64,000 nucleotides of DNA, taken from Gracilinanus agilis. Its lineage: Eukaryota. The position numbers and the translations under genes were made by a program. The notes under the pieces were generated by a model. That model saw only the letters and a program-made list of their open reading frames with translations. It was not told the DNA's origin and did not search any database. The stretch lies in assembly GCF_016433145.1 (NCBI RefSeq), contig NC_058131.1:696128595-696192594 (forward strand), read 5' to 3'. Shown here in pieces: positions 35,116-48,559 of the stretch; within the stretch, counting starts at the first letter, position 1; every line of letters begins with the position of its first letter.

Positions 35116-37089
35116 GAATATAGGAGAAGACTGAGAGGAAGAGGCTGAGGATGGACTCTGAGAAATCTGAACATTAGAAATAAGGGAAGAGGAGCCAGTT
35201 ACGGAGCCTGGAAAAGACCACGTAGAGAGACGTGAGGAGAACCACAGGAGAGTTGTGGTCCAGGAGGAGGGAAGGAGTTTCCACCTCTTTTACCTGTTAA
35301 CTTAGAAAAAAACGCAGACCTATTAAATAGTCAGAAAAGCCACTCTTTAATTAAGGGAAAGGGGGAACAGGGCTAATTCCCTCCACCCAGAGCCGCACAC
35401 CACGTGCCTTATGCAGAGTCCAGGATTGAACTCTGGCTGCTCTGGTCCCTGAACCCCTGGGAGTGCCACCTTGCTAGATGACGACTCCTCCTCCTTCGAG
35501 CCTGGAGATGGAATAGAACTAGGATCTGCAGTGCTCGGCTCTACGGGCTGAGCTATCCAAGGGCTACTTACAATGGATACTCAAGGATGGTCCCTGCCCA
35601 GGTGTGTCTTCCTGGGAAAGGGTCTCCGATACAAGGGGGAAGACTACCTAAGACCAAAGGGTATCTAGCATTTGCCCCAGGGTCCATTATTCCGTCTGCA
35701 ACCGCTAGTCTGGGATTCCCTTCAGGGTGGATTCTCAGGGGAACAGGGAACAAGCCCAAGCTTTGGGGGTCTCCAGCCTACAAGCTATTTGGGGTTCATC
35801 AGATCTCACTAGGCCACAAGTTTGGGGTCACTAGATTCCACGTCGACATACCTTCTGGGTTACCTCAACATCCTGACTAACCCAACTTGTGGCTGAGCCA
35901 AATGGCAAAGGAGAGATGAAAGGTAGACATTTGGAGACTGAAGGATATGGTGATGAGGATCTTAAAAGGGCCAGTTATAACATATAGTTTGCCATCCTGG
36001 GGAAATATGGGTTACCATTAGGCCAGTGTTCTATATGCAGGATTCCAGTTATTCCTCTATGTGGGCACCGAGGGGCTTCTGAAAACGAGCTCCCCTTGCT
36101 AGACTGCAAAGCTATGTCTGAATTGCTTTATTTTTGTTTTTCCTGTCCCACCATATCGAGCCGGGGAAATTTGTAGCTGGATGTGCCAGAGTGCCTGTCA
36201 CTCAAAGTTGCACTGAGACAATGCTTGAACTCTGAGCTCCTTTCCTAAGATGAGCTCATGTGAATTTCTTTAGAAAAGATTTGCTCCATCTTCTTTCTCC
36301 TTCCTCATGACTTCTTGATTATTTATCTTTGCTTGGGAGCTTTTGTTCTGGAGAACAATGAGGGTAAAGCTTGATGGTGTTGAGTAACCTTGTGGAAGGA
36401 GGATGCTTATTCATGTCAGGCTTTAACAAAGAAGCCTTATGTAATATGATGTTTATACTTGCTGAAGAATCCCAGCACCCCTCTAATTATGGGATACAAT
36501 AGGAGGCATAATGAAAGGCAGAAAACAAAGCACATTCGCCAGCCAGTGGAGAGCGCTGACTTTCATCTTGAAAAGTCAGTGTGTGCCTCTGCCCAGGAAT
36601 ATCAGGTGAAGCAGGACGTAGCCAGGCCGAAACAATCCCAAACACCCTCACATCCATTTCTCTATATTTTTAGTCTCAAAATGGGTTTGACAAAAAGGGC
36701 CTCATTTCCTCCCTTTCCCCCAGTGAGGAGATCATCACCGGACACCAGCCTGATGCTAGATGTTTGGCTGTGCTCAAATGTCACTGCTTTTCCTACCCGG
36801 AAGTCATCAGGAACAACTCAGTCCAGGAAATGATAATGTTTATGGTCAGATCACAAAAACTGGATGGATTTCTGAAAGCAACGCCAGAGTAATGCAGGAG
36901 CTTCCCTTTCTTATTAAAATAGAGACAGTTAGTTTGCAAACCTTTGTTCCTTGAGGTCTAGCAAACTGGAGATGAAGAAGGGTGATGCAAATCAGGCATG
37001 TTCCTGCAAGAGTTTCCCATGCACTAAACTAAGGATGCTGGTCCAGAACTGATTTCAAACTTTTCAACTGGTGAATTCTTGCCGATATA

Positions 37090-37303
37090 NNNNNNNNNNN
37101 NNNNNNNNNNNNNNNNNNNNNNNNNNNNNNNNNNNNNNNNNNNNNNNNNNNNNNNNNNNNNNNNNNNNNNNNNNNNNNNNNNNNNNNNNNNNNNNNNNNN
37201 NNNNNNNNNNNNNNNNNNNNNNNNNNNNNNNNNNNNNNNNNNNNNNNNNNNNNNNNNNNNNNNNNNNNNNNNNNNNNNNNNNNNNNNNNNNNNNNNNNNN
37301 NNN
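37090..37303. other. Assembly gap (N run)
   Basis: Run of n. Confidence 1.
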
Positions 37304-37309
37304 AAACGT

Positions 37310-37545
37310 TCATATGGCTCTTTCAGGCTTACAAAACATCTTATGGATAATATCTCGTTTGATTGTCATAACAACTCTCTAGGCTAAACACTCATATTAT
37401 CTCTACTTTAAGGTAGAGGAAACTGAGGCTGAGATGGGTTCAGGGACTTTCCCCAGGCCACACAGCTAATAAATGTCCAAGGCAGGATTTGAACTCAGTT
37501 ACATCTGTTGCCGTACAGTATCCACTCTACCACTTAGCCGCTTCT
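37310..37545 (-). mobile_element. MIR/MAR1 fragment
   Basis: 'gaggaaactgaggctgag...ggccacacagcta...ggcaggatttgaactcag'. Confidence 0.8.
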
Positions 37546-37652
37546 CAGGATATTCTATTAAATTGAGACCTTTATGGTATCAAAACAATCATTTATGGAT
37601 ACAGGAATCAAGATCACCCAAAAACATATTTGTGGAAAAAGGAATCTCTTCT

Positions 37653-37693
37653 TGATGACGATGATGATGATGACGATGGTGATAATGATGATG
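37653..37693. repeat. (GAT)n trinucleotide repeat
   Basis: Directly visible. Confidence 0.85.
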
Positions 37694-40539
37694 TTCTCAT
37701 CCTGTCTCTACTTTAGCTGTTCTAGACTTTAACACTGATATGGAGGTACAGGCTTCCCCTAGACGCCCTCAAGCCCCAGAAAGTGTCCCAGGTCGGAGAG
37801 TACATAAAGACTCATTCTTCCTTGCATCCCTGCAGTGCTGAGGGAAGGTGACTTTGAGCTAAGAGGAAGATCCTCTCTGGCTTCTCCCCTCATTCTTGAT
37901 GAGCACAGACAGGTACCTCCCAGTTTGCTGCTTCTGAAAAGCATTTGCTTTATATCCCAGATGTCTGATTATCTCCTAAACGGAACAGTTCACCCCCTCT
38001 TGACTTGGAGGCATAGGGCATACCCACATGACCCGTCTCAGGTTCTAGAGACCCAGTAACATGGCATCACCATCCCACCTAGTCACTTGGGCCCTGTTGT
38101 CAGGAGGGTGTAAGTGCCCCGAAGTCCGTCTCCTCTGGGAGGCAGTGTTCCACCTGCATACACTGCCTCCCTCGGTCATTTGACTTACATTCAAATGAAT
38201 CAATCTCTTTGGTTTTTAGAACAACGATTGGAGCCTGAATTCATGAAATGCCCTTTGCTAGCTTTAAAAATACACAAAAATGGTTGGGAAGTGCCTCAGG
38301 AAACCCAAGGAGTGGCTTGGGCTCTGGTCTACCTGGAGGGAGGGAAAATTTATAATATTGCTTTTGTTGCATTCCAGGCCACACTCCCGACGCTTCTCCC
38401 AATTTTTTTCCCATAATGCCAGAGACATCTCTACCCTGGACGCCCCTCACAGGAAGCACACTCTGCATCTGCCGCCTGTCCCTCTCATTCACTGGTTCCT
38501 CTCTGAAGCTCCATAACAACAACTCTGGAACTGAGGCCGAGAGGACAAGTGCTTTGGCTGACGTGAGCCTCCCGGCTTGGGCCACGCGCAGGAGGACTTC
38601 TTGCTGCCTGAGGACACTTCACCAGATTCCAGGAAAGAATGCGCCAATTCCCACTCATCATGTCTGAAAGGCCTCTCTGGCCACAGTTGCCTTCTCTGTG
38701 CTAAGTAAGGCTGCCTTCTTGAGGCTTGGGACTCCCTTTTTGCATTTGTGTTCCCGGTGCTGCGCATTGTAAGTGCTAACAAATGCTTTCTTCCCTCCTC
38801 CGTCCCCCATTTGTTCATTCCGATGCCTAGTCCATAAGTACAGAAATCGTGGACGGACTCAATCTTGAGCTGGGCTTAGAATTTACCTGGAGGAAGAAAG
38901 TCCTTTTCATTGGCTTTGGGGAACAAAGGAGAACTCGAGAGACCCCGAGGATCTGCCGGAAACAGGCCCATCTTTTAATCACAGCTCCTCCTGCTGCGAA
39001 GCTGCCTGGCTGGGTAGGGCAGCGTTGAGGCTGCAGGGAGTCTGAGTGGACACAAGGTGGCCTGCCTGGGCACCAGATGGATCCTCTTTGTGCCACTAAA
39101 GTTGGCTGCAAGCTCTCAGCCTTTTGGGTGGGCTCCACGTGGAGAACCTGGCAGAGGACGTGGACTTGAGGTACCCAGGCGGCCCTGGCAGTGTGTATTT
39201 TTGGAGGCAGTTCCCACACTGATATGTAGACGTTCATGCATAGGGACTATGCCATGTTCAATTGGGCTCATTATTCAAAAAAATTGATCCTTCCCACGGC
39301 AGGAAATCCCTCACCGACTGAGCCGTCATCCACCTCCAGTGGTCGTGCCATGGGAGGTCTTAGGAGAGTGGAAGGGAGCTGGAAGGCATGGGAGAGGTCA
39401 CTGAGTGCAGCCTCCTTATCTCCCAGGCAGGGGGGGGGGGGCCCAGGGTCAGAGCTAGCAAGCACTTTAGGTCTGGCCCCGCCCTGGGCTTTCATTTCTC
39501 TGCTATGGAATACATGATGCTGAGGCTCCCCCTGCTCCATACCTTGTAGCCCTCGGAAGAGGCACATGTCTGGGAAGGGAAGGGGAAGAAGCATTTCTTA
39601 ATACCTTTGCTGTGCCAGCCACCACACTGGGCACTTCATGGTATTATCTCCGTAAAGTTCCTGTTTGTTAGTTGAGCAAACAGTTAAGACAGGCTAAATG
39701 ATTTGCTCAGGATCCCCCAGATATTAAGTACCTGAGACTGGACTGAAACTCAAATCTTCCTGGCTCCGGGGCCAGCGTGCTATCCATTGTACCACCTGGC
39801 TGCCTCACTGAGGCAATATCCGAATGATCCAGATTAGATCATTGAGCTGGCATGAGAAGCCATGTGGTACCTTGGGATTGGAAGCAGAGGACCTGGATTC
39901 AAATTATGCCATGGTCCCTCACTGGCCGTGTGCCCTTGAGGAAGTTATTTAACTTTGCGGGGACTGTGCTACTTCCTGTCTTTAAAAGGAGTCGATTAGA
40001 TGATATTTCTTGAAGATCTTTTCGAGCTTTCCTCTCAACTTATGCAAAAATAAGGGAAGAAGATTTAGTCAATGAAGAACAGCCCAACAAAGGGAGGAAC
40101 ACTCCTCTTTTGTCTGAGAAGGAAGAAGATTTGTACCCTTTCTGGTTTTTTCCTCAGTAAAGCAAGTAAGATGAAATATTTATTCCCTCACTGCTTTACT
40201 CTTTCTCGCCAGAAGGCAGCTTAAATAATCCCTCTTTCCCATCAAATAGAAAGCAAGAGATGCAGTTATTTATCAGGACAAAAAAAATTAAAAAAAATCA
40301 CAGTCATTTCCAAGTATGAGTGATGTGCGCTGGAGAAAGGATGCCGAATCCCTTCTCCTGCTCCCCCTCCCCCCTCCCCCCATGACAGAGGGGAGCTAAC
40401 AACATCTCCTAATTGGCTCCGGACTTTAGCACAATCCCTGGGTGGCTCAGTGCCTCTCTGAGTCTCCTTCCACACTGCAGAGGAAAATCATTATTTTTAT
40501 CTCATAGCCTAGTCTCATTTGGGAAGTTCCTCCTCAATG

Positions 40540-40790
40540 GCATGATCCAGAATGTGCAGCCATGTTTCTCTTTTGACTACATTGGATCGTAGATTTGAAC
40601 TCGAAGGGATTTTCCAGCCAGAATCCTTCCTCCAACATCCCCGGCCATCCAGGATCTGCTTATCAACATCTCGAGGCAGCCTTTCTTCCATTCGGAGAGC
40701 CCAACAAGAACAATCCTAGTCCTTTTCCACATGAAAGATCTTGAAATGCTTGAAGATGGCATCCGTATTCCCCGAGCCTTCTCTTTTCCA
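40540..40790 (-). mobile_element. L3/MIR3-like 3' fragment
   Basis: 'ccttctcttttccaacttgaggatcctagttccttca' and 'aggcagcctttcttccatt' are antisense L3 tail motifs. Confidence 0.55.
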
Positions 40791-41481
40791 ACTTGAGGAT
40801 CCTAGTTCCTTCACCCGGACTGTCAGGGGTAGTTGTGAGGGGGCTGTGTTTGGAAATGAAGGTGACATCCCCCCCCCCGTAGCAATAACAATAACAATTA
40901 CAAATAATTTGGGGGGAGATCTACTAACTCAGAAATCACTGTAAGTGTCTCACTACAGAGAGGGCAGGGTTATTTTTTCACCTTAGAAAACGGAAGAAAA
41001 ATGGGAAAGGAAGGACTGTAAATGGAAACGGAAACCAACAATCCCTTGACTTTCCAGACTCGGGAAAACCTTTGGGAACGGGAAGGCTAGAGTAGCATTC
41101 TTTGGAGCTCTGAAGCCCTAATGCTGCTGTGGAGGGTCCCAAGGGAAGTTGGGGCAGTAAAGGGATTTGAGCTGGATCAGATTCAACATTTAAAGATTTC
41201 AAGTCTGATAGCACGAACCTTGTGAGTCATGGAGATGTGGGTTGTTTTCATGCCTTTTCTTCTTTCAGCCTGTGAAACTTAGATGAATCGATTACTGATG
41301 CTTAAGCCTTTTTCCCCCTCAGTAGCTTTCCCAAATTTCATACCTTTAAAGAGCTATTGCTTTGTTGGCTGATTGACATTGGGCAAATCCCTTCTCTTCT
41401 TTGGGCCTCAGTTTTGCCATCAGTCAAATCAGCTGGCTGGACTAGGTGATCTCTGTGGCATCTTCCAACTCTGACATTTTA

Positions 41482-41692
41482 TTTTATTTTATTTTTTTAA
41501 GCCCTCACCTTCCATCTTTGAATCAATACTGTGTATCGGTTCCAAGGCAGAAGATCAGTAAGGGCTAAGCAATGGGGGTGAAGTGACTTGCTCAGAGTCA
41601 CACGGCTGGGGAGTGTCTGAGGCCAGATTTGAACCTAGGACTTCCCATCTCTAGGCCTGACTCTCCATCCACTGAGCCACCCAGTTGCCCCA
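41482..41692 (-). mobile_element. SINE1_Mdo-type SINE with TSD
   Basis: Full body, with aactctgacattttat on both sides. Confidence 0.95.
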
Positions 41693-41936
41693 ACTCTGAC
41701 ATTTTATGCTCTCAACTCACCTAGGTCGTGGATGGTAGAGTCTGTCTAAAGATTTGCAAATGGTTGGAGTCCAGTGACAGGAGAAAGACGTTAAAAGTCA
41801 TGGCTCTTTGGAAATGGGTCAGCAAGTCCACTTTCTATCATTTCCATGGTCTTTGTGCTCTTCCTCTTTCCCTGCTTTGGGGGAGGCATCGAATGCAAGT
41901 ACCTCTACGTGCAGGCTTTTTCACCACCCCCTTCTT

Positions 41937-42116
41937 CTTCTTCTTTTTTTTTAACCTTTGTACTTCAGTGTATTGTCTCATAGGTGGAAGAGTGGTAAGG
42001 GTGGGCAGTGGGGGTCAAGTGACTTGCCCAGGGTCACACGGCTGGGAAGTGTCCGAGGTCGGATTTGAACCCAGGACCTCCCTGGCTCTCACTCCACTGA
42101 GCCACCCAGCTGCCCC
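41937..42116 (-). mobile_element. SINE1_Mdo-type SINE with internal deletion
   Basis: Body present but lacks the 'cgtctctaggc' segment found in other copies. Confidence 0.9.
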
Positions 42117-43611
42117 ACCCCCTCTTCTTTTGAGGCAATTTCTGATTTCACCTTCCTTCCATGCCCTAAAGGCTGAGTCTGGCTGATGTTAACCATTACC
42201 AAAAAGACAAAAATCAGAAATGCCACTTTGAGCAAAGCCAGGATTTGGGTTTTACAGGCAGAGATCCTTCATTTGAGCAAATCGACGTATCCATAAATAA
42301 GAGGGAGGCCGGCAGCTTGGCAGCTATTGATCCAAGCTGATTTAGCAAATGGCCTCAGAAACTAATGGCTGGTCAGTTTGGATGGATTTCTGGAGAGAAG
42401 GGGGAGCCATGAGAGTGAAGGCGATGAGCCCCTCGCCTGGGGCAGCTTAGTGGCGTCCTCATAAAGAGGCAACGGGCCTTTGGCCAAGTGTGAAGCCCAA
42501 GTCCATTTTTAATCACCGGCTTCCTAGTGGTGTCCCACAGATGGTGCAGTCGGGGGTGGTTCGCACAAAAGGCTGCCCTCCCTTCCCCCCTTCTCCTTTG
42601 GATGGGAGGACGCACTGATCATAAAGCAAGGCTGGGATGTGGAGCAATGGTCCTGCCTGGAGCCTGCCTGTCCTTCCGACATTTCCCCTCACTTTATGAG
42701 GCCGGGGAAGGACCCAGGCACCAGCGTTCTCTTTCCAGCCAGGGCTCGGCCATAGTGAGGGGGAGAGCCAAGCTCCGTTCCCTTTAGAGGGCTGAGAGAG
42801 GCAGTGGATGGTGAGAAGCCACCTCCCAGGAGCTGCCCGGCGCCCCTCCGAGGATTTCTGGGTCTCTTGAACGCCGATAGGAACGGCAGCCCGTGTGAGT
42901 TCTGATTTTGAAAAAAGAAAACGCAGTAAGGTGCGGACCTAACGGTGGAGAGGCTGGGGAAGATTTATATGGAGAAGGCTGAACACATTTCATCTGAAGC
43001 AGCCATCTGTGGTGCCAGAACTCATTTGCATAGGCAGCACGTCCCGATAACTCAGCCCCAGACAGTTGTTAGGGGAGTATATTAAAGAGCAGGAAGCGAG
43101 AATGCGCTACCGACGGGCCCGCGGTCCAAGGTTACCTTGCCAACTGGTGCCCACACTCCAAGGTTACCTTCTGGGTACCTCCCACAGCAAGTGGCAGAAG
43201 AGTTTGGCTGCCCCATTTATCAGCCGTTCAGGCAACAAAAATAAGACTGTGCCTCGTAGCCAAGCTTCGGGAGCGCCAAGTCCAAGGAGCGCTGGAGCCC
43301 ATATTGCTAGGGGTAGCCACGGTTTTAGTCCATTAGGGCGAAGGCACGAGTGAGGCAAGAGTCCGTATCTTATTGTGGAAATGCTCCCCCTCCTCCCCCC
43401 ATATCCCTGGTGCATCAGAACAACAACGGTGGTGCCAATGGAGACGAGTCATGGTCTTCGTGAGTGCTGCTGGGAGGGCTCTCACGAGAAGCCAAGGAAG
43501 TCCCAAATAAGTGCAGCCAGGGGGGACATGAGGAGATCCCTCCTCGGACCACTCGTCCTGGACTTCTTTGCCTTTTCCAGCAAGCGTCCAGGAAACTCCT
43601 CATTGGAAATC

Positions 43612-43658
43612 TCGTTGTCGTCGTCGTCGTTGTCGTCGTCGTAGTCGTCGTTGTCGTC
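43612..43658. repeat. (TCG)n trinucleotide repeat
   Basis: 15 triplets, 11 of which retain CpG. Confidence 0.95.
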
Positions 43659-44861
43659 TTCCAAGATCTAACCTGTTTGTTACTCACACCCTGATTGGAG
43701 AGTGGAGTCATAAATGCTGTTTAGGGAGGGGAACTGGCCTGCTGTCTTCTCAGACATCTCCTCGTTTCTCACCCGGCTGCACTAATTTGACACTTTTGGT
43801 TTTCTCCAGGATGCCCTGGAGCCAAGTCCCTTCCCTTTCTTTTTTCCTCATTAGATTTTAAGCTCCTTGAGGGCAGACATTCTCTTCCTTTTCTTATCTC
43901 GATTCCCAGCACGTAACACCATGCCTGGTACAGAGTTGGTGCTTAATGAATGCTTGATTCCTGCATGGTGTGGGCAGCCGTCAAGGGGCGTCCACGAAGG
44001 AATGTTGGGGGTGGAGAGGAAGGGCACATCCGTCTCCTCTTTAGTTTAAGAGGAAAGCTCTCGATTGAAAATCGTCCTCTTAAACAGAGACTTGAAGAAG
44101 GCAGAAACAGCTTCTGTTCCTTGTCCGGCAAATGGGGTGGGTGACCTCCTCCCATGAAGGAACTTACTCCAGGCGATGGGACAAGGCTAACATGAGGAGG
44201 GGCAGCTGCCCCAGGCGGGAGAATCTAATAAGTCTCCCTTCCACATCATGACTTTTCCCCCTGATGGTTTCAGTATGCTGTGGGTTGGCACAAGAAATTC
44301 AATGAGAATCTTTGGGGAGTTTTGTAGAAACCACAAACAACCCGCAAAGGTCTGCGGATAATATGGGGAAAGTTTAGGAAATCTTTGCCTTGTATTCTAT
44401 GACATCAGCACAGCTCATCGTTCCATGCCACAAACAGATATCATTTCTTTTCCAAAGTTACAATCAGTAAAAAGTTAAAGTCTGCAAAAAGAACTGGAAA
44501 GCCAGCAAAGACCAGAAGTGTGAATATTGACCTTCGTGTAGGCCACGACCAAACACTTCACCCACATTTTACAGGAAGGTACTATAAACACTCCATGAAA
44601 GAAAAAGAAAAAAATTCCGATTTCCTCTTTGATGTGGAGGCAGGGCCAAAAAAGTTTGCAAACCCCAGCACAGATTCCACTCGTGGACCACCTGGTGCCT
44701 AAGTCATGTGGCCTTTGGAAGTTCACAAGAATACATTTACGTCCAACCTCCTTCACCCAAAATAAAAGAACACGGAGACAGAGAGCCCTGGCTAGTAGTC
44801 ATAGATTGCATTTTGGCCTTGGATGGGGAGGGCCCGAGTCCTTTCTGTTTTTCAAATTGTC

Positions 44862-45064
44862 TTTTTTCTTTTATCCCTCACCTTCCGTCTTGGAGTCAAT
44901 ACTGTGTATTGGCTCCAAGGTAGAACAGTGGTAAGGGTAGGCAATGGGGGTCAAGTGACTTGCCCAGGGTCACACAGCTGGGAAGTGTCTGAGGCCAGAT
45001 TGGAACCCAGGACCTCCCGTCTCTAGGCCTGGCTCTCAATCCACTGAGCTACCCAGCTGCCCCC
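44862..45064 (-). mobile_element. SINE1_Mdo-type SINE with TSD
   Basis: Full body, with tcaaattgtctttt on both sides. Confidence 0.95.
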
Positions 45065-45959
45065 TCAAATTGTCTTTTGCCAAAGTGCTGCTGGCCTAGA
45101 TGAAGTCAAAGGCAAGAGAAGGGAAGAAGTTGGTGAGTGCTTTTTAAATGCAAACCCAGTTGTGGCCACATAGCTAGAGGCCAATCAAAGAGGATCCTCT
45201 TCATTGTGTGATTAGCAGATTGGAACTAGATATAGAAAGTCTACGCGTGTTCCAAATCTCTCTAAGACACTTCCATTACATGTCACCATGATTCCCAGAA
45301 ATAGGCTCCTTCAGTTTTTCTACCCGGGGAATTTGCATCAATTGGCTTGTTTTCCAGTCTCCTGTTACATCTCCAACAAATATTGGCATGGAATGAGTGG
45401 AATTCCAGCCACATCTCTTCCCTCTTGGCCCTGGAAGTGGTATAATATGCCAGACTGGACTTCTTTCTTTCTGTCTTCTCTCAGTGATTCCACTAAGCTG
45501 TGTATCCTGTGACTATCCCCACATTAGGCTAGGCTTAGCCACAACCAGTGGCCTGGGGCCAGAAATGATAGCTGGCACCAAGGAGGAGGTTGAGTCTTGA
45601 TGAGAAGGGTAGTGCTGATCAGCATTCTTTCTACCGATAAGGGCAGGATGTTGGCATTTCCTCCATGGACAAATTCATCTAGTTCTGAAGTCTCTGAAGA
45701 TGAGTCTGTCTCAGCTAAGACTTAGCGTAGTGTGAGCGACCTGGTGGTGCTACCCAAGAGACACATATAAGACGTTGACTCCTTTAGGAATTTTCTGGGG
45801 AGTGAGGAGGAAGGCAGGAGCTCTAAGAATGACCTGGGCACCAGCAGCATCCAGCCATATGTCATTGATATGATTCCCTTCCCACCTCCTACCCAATATC
45901 ATATACCTATCCTGTCTCCCCACCCACCCTGGTTCACTTCATCTGGCATCTCTCATGAA

Positions 45960-46260
45960 GGAGGTGATTGTATAATTGAACATAAGTCTTGGGTGGAGCA
46001 CATTTTGAAAAACAATATTTTACTTTCCTTCCCTATTATATATATAAAAACAATTTTTAATATTCCTTTTATTGTTTTGAGTTCCAAATTCTCTCCCTTC
46101 TTCTGACTCTCCCTACCTTGCTTCCTCCTTCTCTCTCCCCCCTTCCCTGAGCTGGTAAGCAATCCGATATAGGCTTTAACATATTGGGCATATCTCCTGA
46201 TAGACCCTACAAGATGTATCCCTATGGACCTCTTCATGCATTTTCTGGGTTTTTACATAT
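45960..46260 (-). mobile_element. Old L1 3'-tail fragment
   Basis: 'ttgttttgagttccaaattctctccc...ggtaagcaatccgatataggc' is typical of the antisense marsupial L1 tail. Confidence 0.6.
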
Positions 46261-46321
46261 TACCTTGTAGGTAACAGAGTTATTCAGTCCTTTCTTGAAG
46301 ATCTTCAATGCCAAAAAGCCC

Positions 46322-46489
46322 NNNNNNNNNNNNNNNNNNNNNNNNNNNNNNNNNNNNNNNNNNNNNNNNNNNNNNNNNNNNNNNNNNNNNNNNNNNNNNN
46401 NNNNNNNNNNNNNNNNNNNNNNNNNNNNNNNNNNNNNNNNNNNNNNNNNNNNNNNNNNNNNNNNNNNNNNNNNNNNNNNNNNNNNNNNN
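46322..46489. other. Assembly gap (N run)
   Basis: Run of n. Confidence 1.
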
Positions 46490-47919
46490 TGGTTGATAGG
46501 AAGTTCTGTTTGACATTATTTCTGTGTTTGCGTCCTTGCAGCTTCTACCAGAAGACGCCGCTTCTTGACTTCTTTGTGTTCATGGTATATCCCTTTAGTA
46601 GAATGCGGTTCCTTGAGGGCAGGCTCTGTTTGGGGAATAATGGAAAGACTTGGCTGCAGTTTGTCTGCCCAGAGTGACTTTTCTGTTTCTAAAGCAATCA
46701 AAATCAGCCTGAGGCCAGAGAATCATGTTCTGGAGAGGAGCTGAGAAAGGCATATACCAGTGTGTGACCCAGTGCAAACTTCTTTGCTTTAAATAAACTC
46801 AAAGCATGACTTCTACTGCATGGATTTATCCTCTTCCCTGCCACGAATAGGAAGAAGCCTTGTTGGCACTAAGGAAGGCAGCACTGGTGCTGAGCCAGCA
46901 AAGATGTCCATTGGCTATGAGACTTCTGCTGGTGGCCGACCCTCAGGCACTCCCCCAAATGTGCCTTAGAGACCTCCCCATGTGTCAAAGCTAAAGGGAA
47001 CTTGGAACTACTGGTTTGACTTTGTCACTAAATTTAGAGCCCTTGACTTTAAAGTTCAAATCTAAAGCTGTCGGCTTAATTCTCCCATCAAAAGTGACAC
47101 CTCAATCAGCTCCTCTTGGGCTGTCATTACCATACAGCCGGGAGAGAGCCAAGGCTCACCTGTGGGCACCCAGCATTGCCAAAAGCACTGATCACAATGC
47201 CCCCATGGGCTTCAGAGCTTCATGGCCTAAGCCAAGAGATATTTCCACCTGTGCCTGTTCCCATCAGCTGGGACTACTGACTAAATAAAACCCTCCCAGG
47301 GGCCCTCTATCTGCATCCATAAACACTTGCTATATATAAAAACTGAAAAGAGAATTTATGGTGAGGAATAAAAAGTAAAGCTGTACTATAGGCAGAAGCA
47401 AAGGCAAACGAGTTGGGAATCAGAGGAGCAGAGTTCAAATCCTGCCTCTGTTGCTGCTTAGTTCTCAAAACACCAAAGCACAGAATTAAAGTAGAGTTAA
47501 GACCAGCCAGAAGAATTTAGGTTGTTTCTGTTTGAAATGACAGTTCTTAAAAGAGGAGGGTCCAAGGGCCAGCCACCCAGCTCAGGGCCCATAACTCAAT
47601 GACAAAGAGTGCCTTAGACATGGCAGGACTGCTGGGCTCCAATTTTACTTCTCTTTGCTGCAAATCAAGATGTTTTTAAGAGTGGAAAGGACAACGTGGA
47701 ATCGGTAAAAAGAGAACTAGTGTCCAGAGTTGTTATGGAAATAGAGAGAAACTAGAGGCCATGGACGAAGCCAACTGTCAGCAGAGGTGAAGGGGTTTCC
47801 CAAGGTTCTTAAAAGCATGGTTTCTCCTAGAGAAGAAGAAGCTGCAGTTGAAAAAAACCCCCAACTTTCAAAAAAAGGGAAGAGAGTAGGCCACTAACTG
47901 CCTTTGTTTTGAGTCCTGG

Positions 47920-48342
47920 GAAATTCTAGAAAGCATTACTAAAAGGATGCCATGTAAACATCTCAAAACAAGAAAAAGAATCACATTCCCAGCTTTCATC
48001 CTGTCCTACCTGCGACCCCTCACTTGCCAAAATAATATTCCTTGATAGATCCTGCGACCAAACCCCCTTTCCGCTTCCCCCTTCCCTGCTGACACCAAAA
48101 GCACCTCCTCCCACTCTAGCACCTGTCCAAACCTTGAGATACCTCCCGGGGGAGACCCCTAGCCACCTGATGGTTACGGGCTCCTCCCTCACTCCCCCTT
48201 CCTCCTTGCCTCCCCCACATTGCCACTTCCACTGCTCATCCCTCTTTGCCCCTTTCTTTTCCTCTAATAAAGCTTTGATATACTACTTAATTCTCCACCT
48301 CATTAACCTTGGGTTGGACCTCCCTTTTGGCCAGGACTGACA
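47920..48342 (+). mobile_element. Possible solo LTR
   Basis: C-rich U3-like body, AATAAA at 48266-48271, and a terminus in ...tgaca. The 5' end and TSD are not resolved. Confidence 0.35.
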
Positions 48343-48344
48343 TT

Positions 48345-48545
48345 CCTTTTAAAAACCATACATTTTGTCTTAGAATTAGTATTGTATACTGGTTCCAGAA
48401 TAATAAGTAAGGATGAGGCCATGCCATGGAGGTTGAGTGACTTGCCCAGGGACACACAGTGAGGAAATGTCTGAGGCCAGATTTGAACCTAAGACCTCCT
48501 GTATCTGGGTCTGGCTCTCAATCCACCGAGCCACCTAGTTGCCCT
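48345..48545 (-). mobile_element. SINE1_Mdo-type SINE, diverged
   Basis: 'gagtgacttgcccagggacacac...gccagatttgaacctaagacctcc...ccacctagttgccc'. Confidence 0.85.
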
Positions 48546-48559
48546 CCAAAATGATCTTC

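Noticed and set aside
35480-35880. Possible additional LTR
   Set aside because: No termini, TSD or polyA signal could be resolved.
43024-43140. Octamer plus TATA read as an immunoglobulin V promoter
   Set aside because: No leader exon, V domain or RSS follows.
43482-43664. Acidic ORF EDDNDDYDDD... as a coding exon
   Set aside because: Explained by the simple repeat; there is no polypyrimidine acceptor and no recognisable homology.
44458-44702. Basic open frame (TISKKLKSAKRTGKPAKTRSVNIDLRV...) after a plausible acceptor
   Set aside because: No recognisable homology or partner exons; the length is compatible with chance.
46532-46574. Apparent exon FYQKTPLLDFFVFM after a strong acceptor
   Set aside because: It runs into an L2 tail (gttccttgagggcagg), so it is probably repeat-derived.
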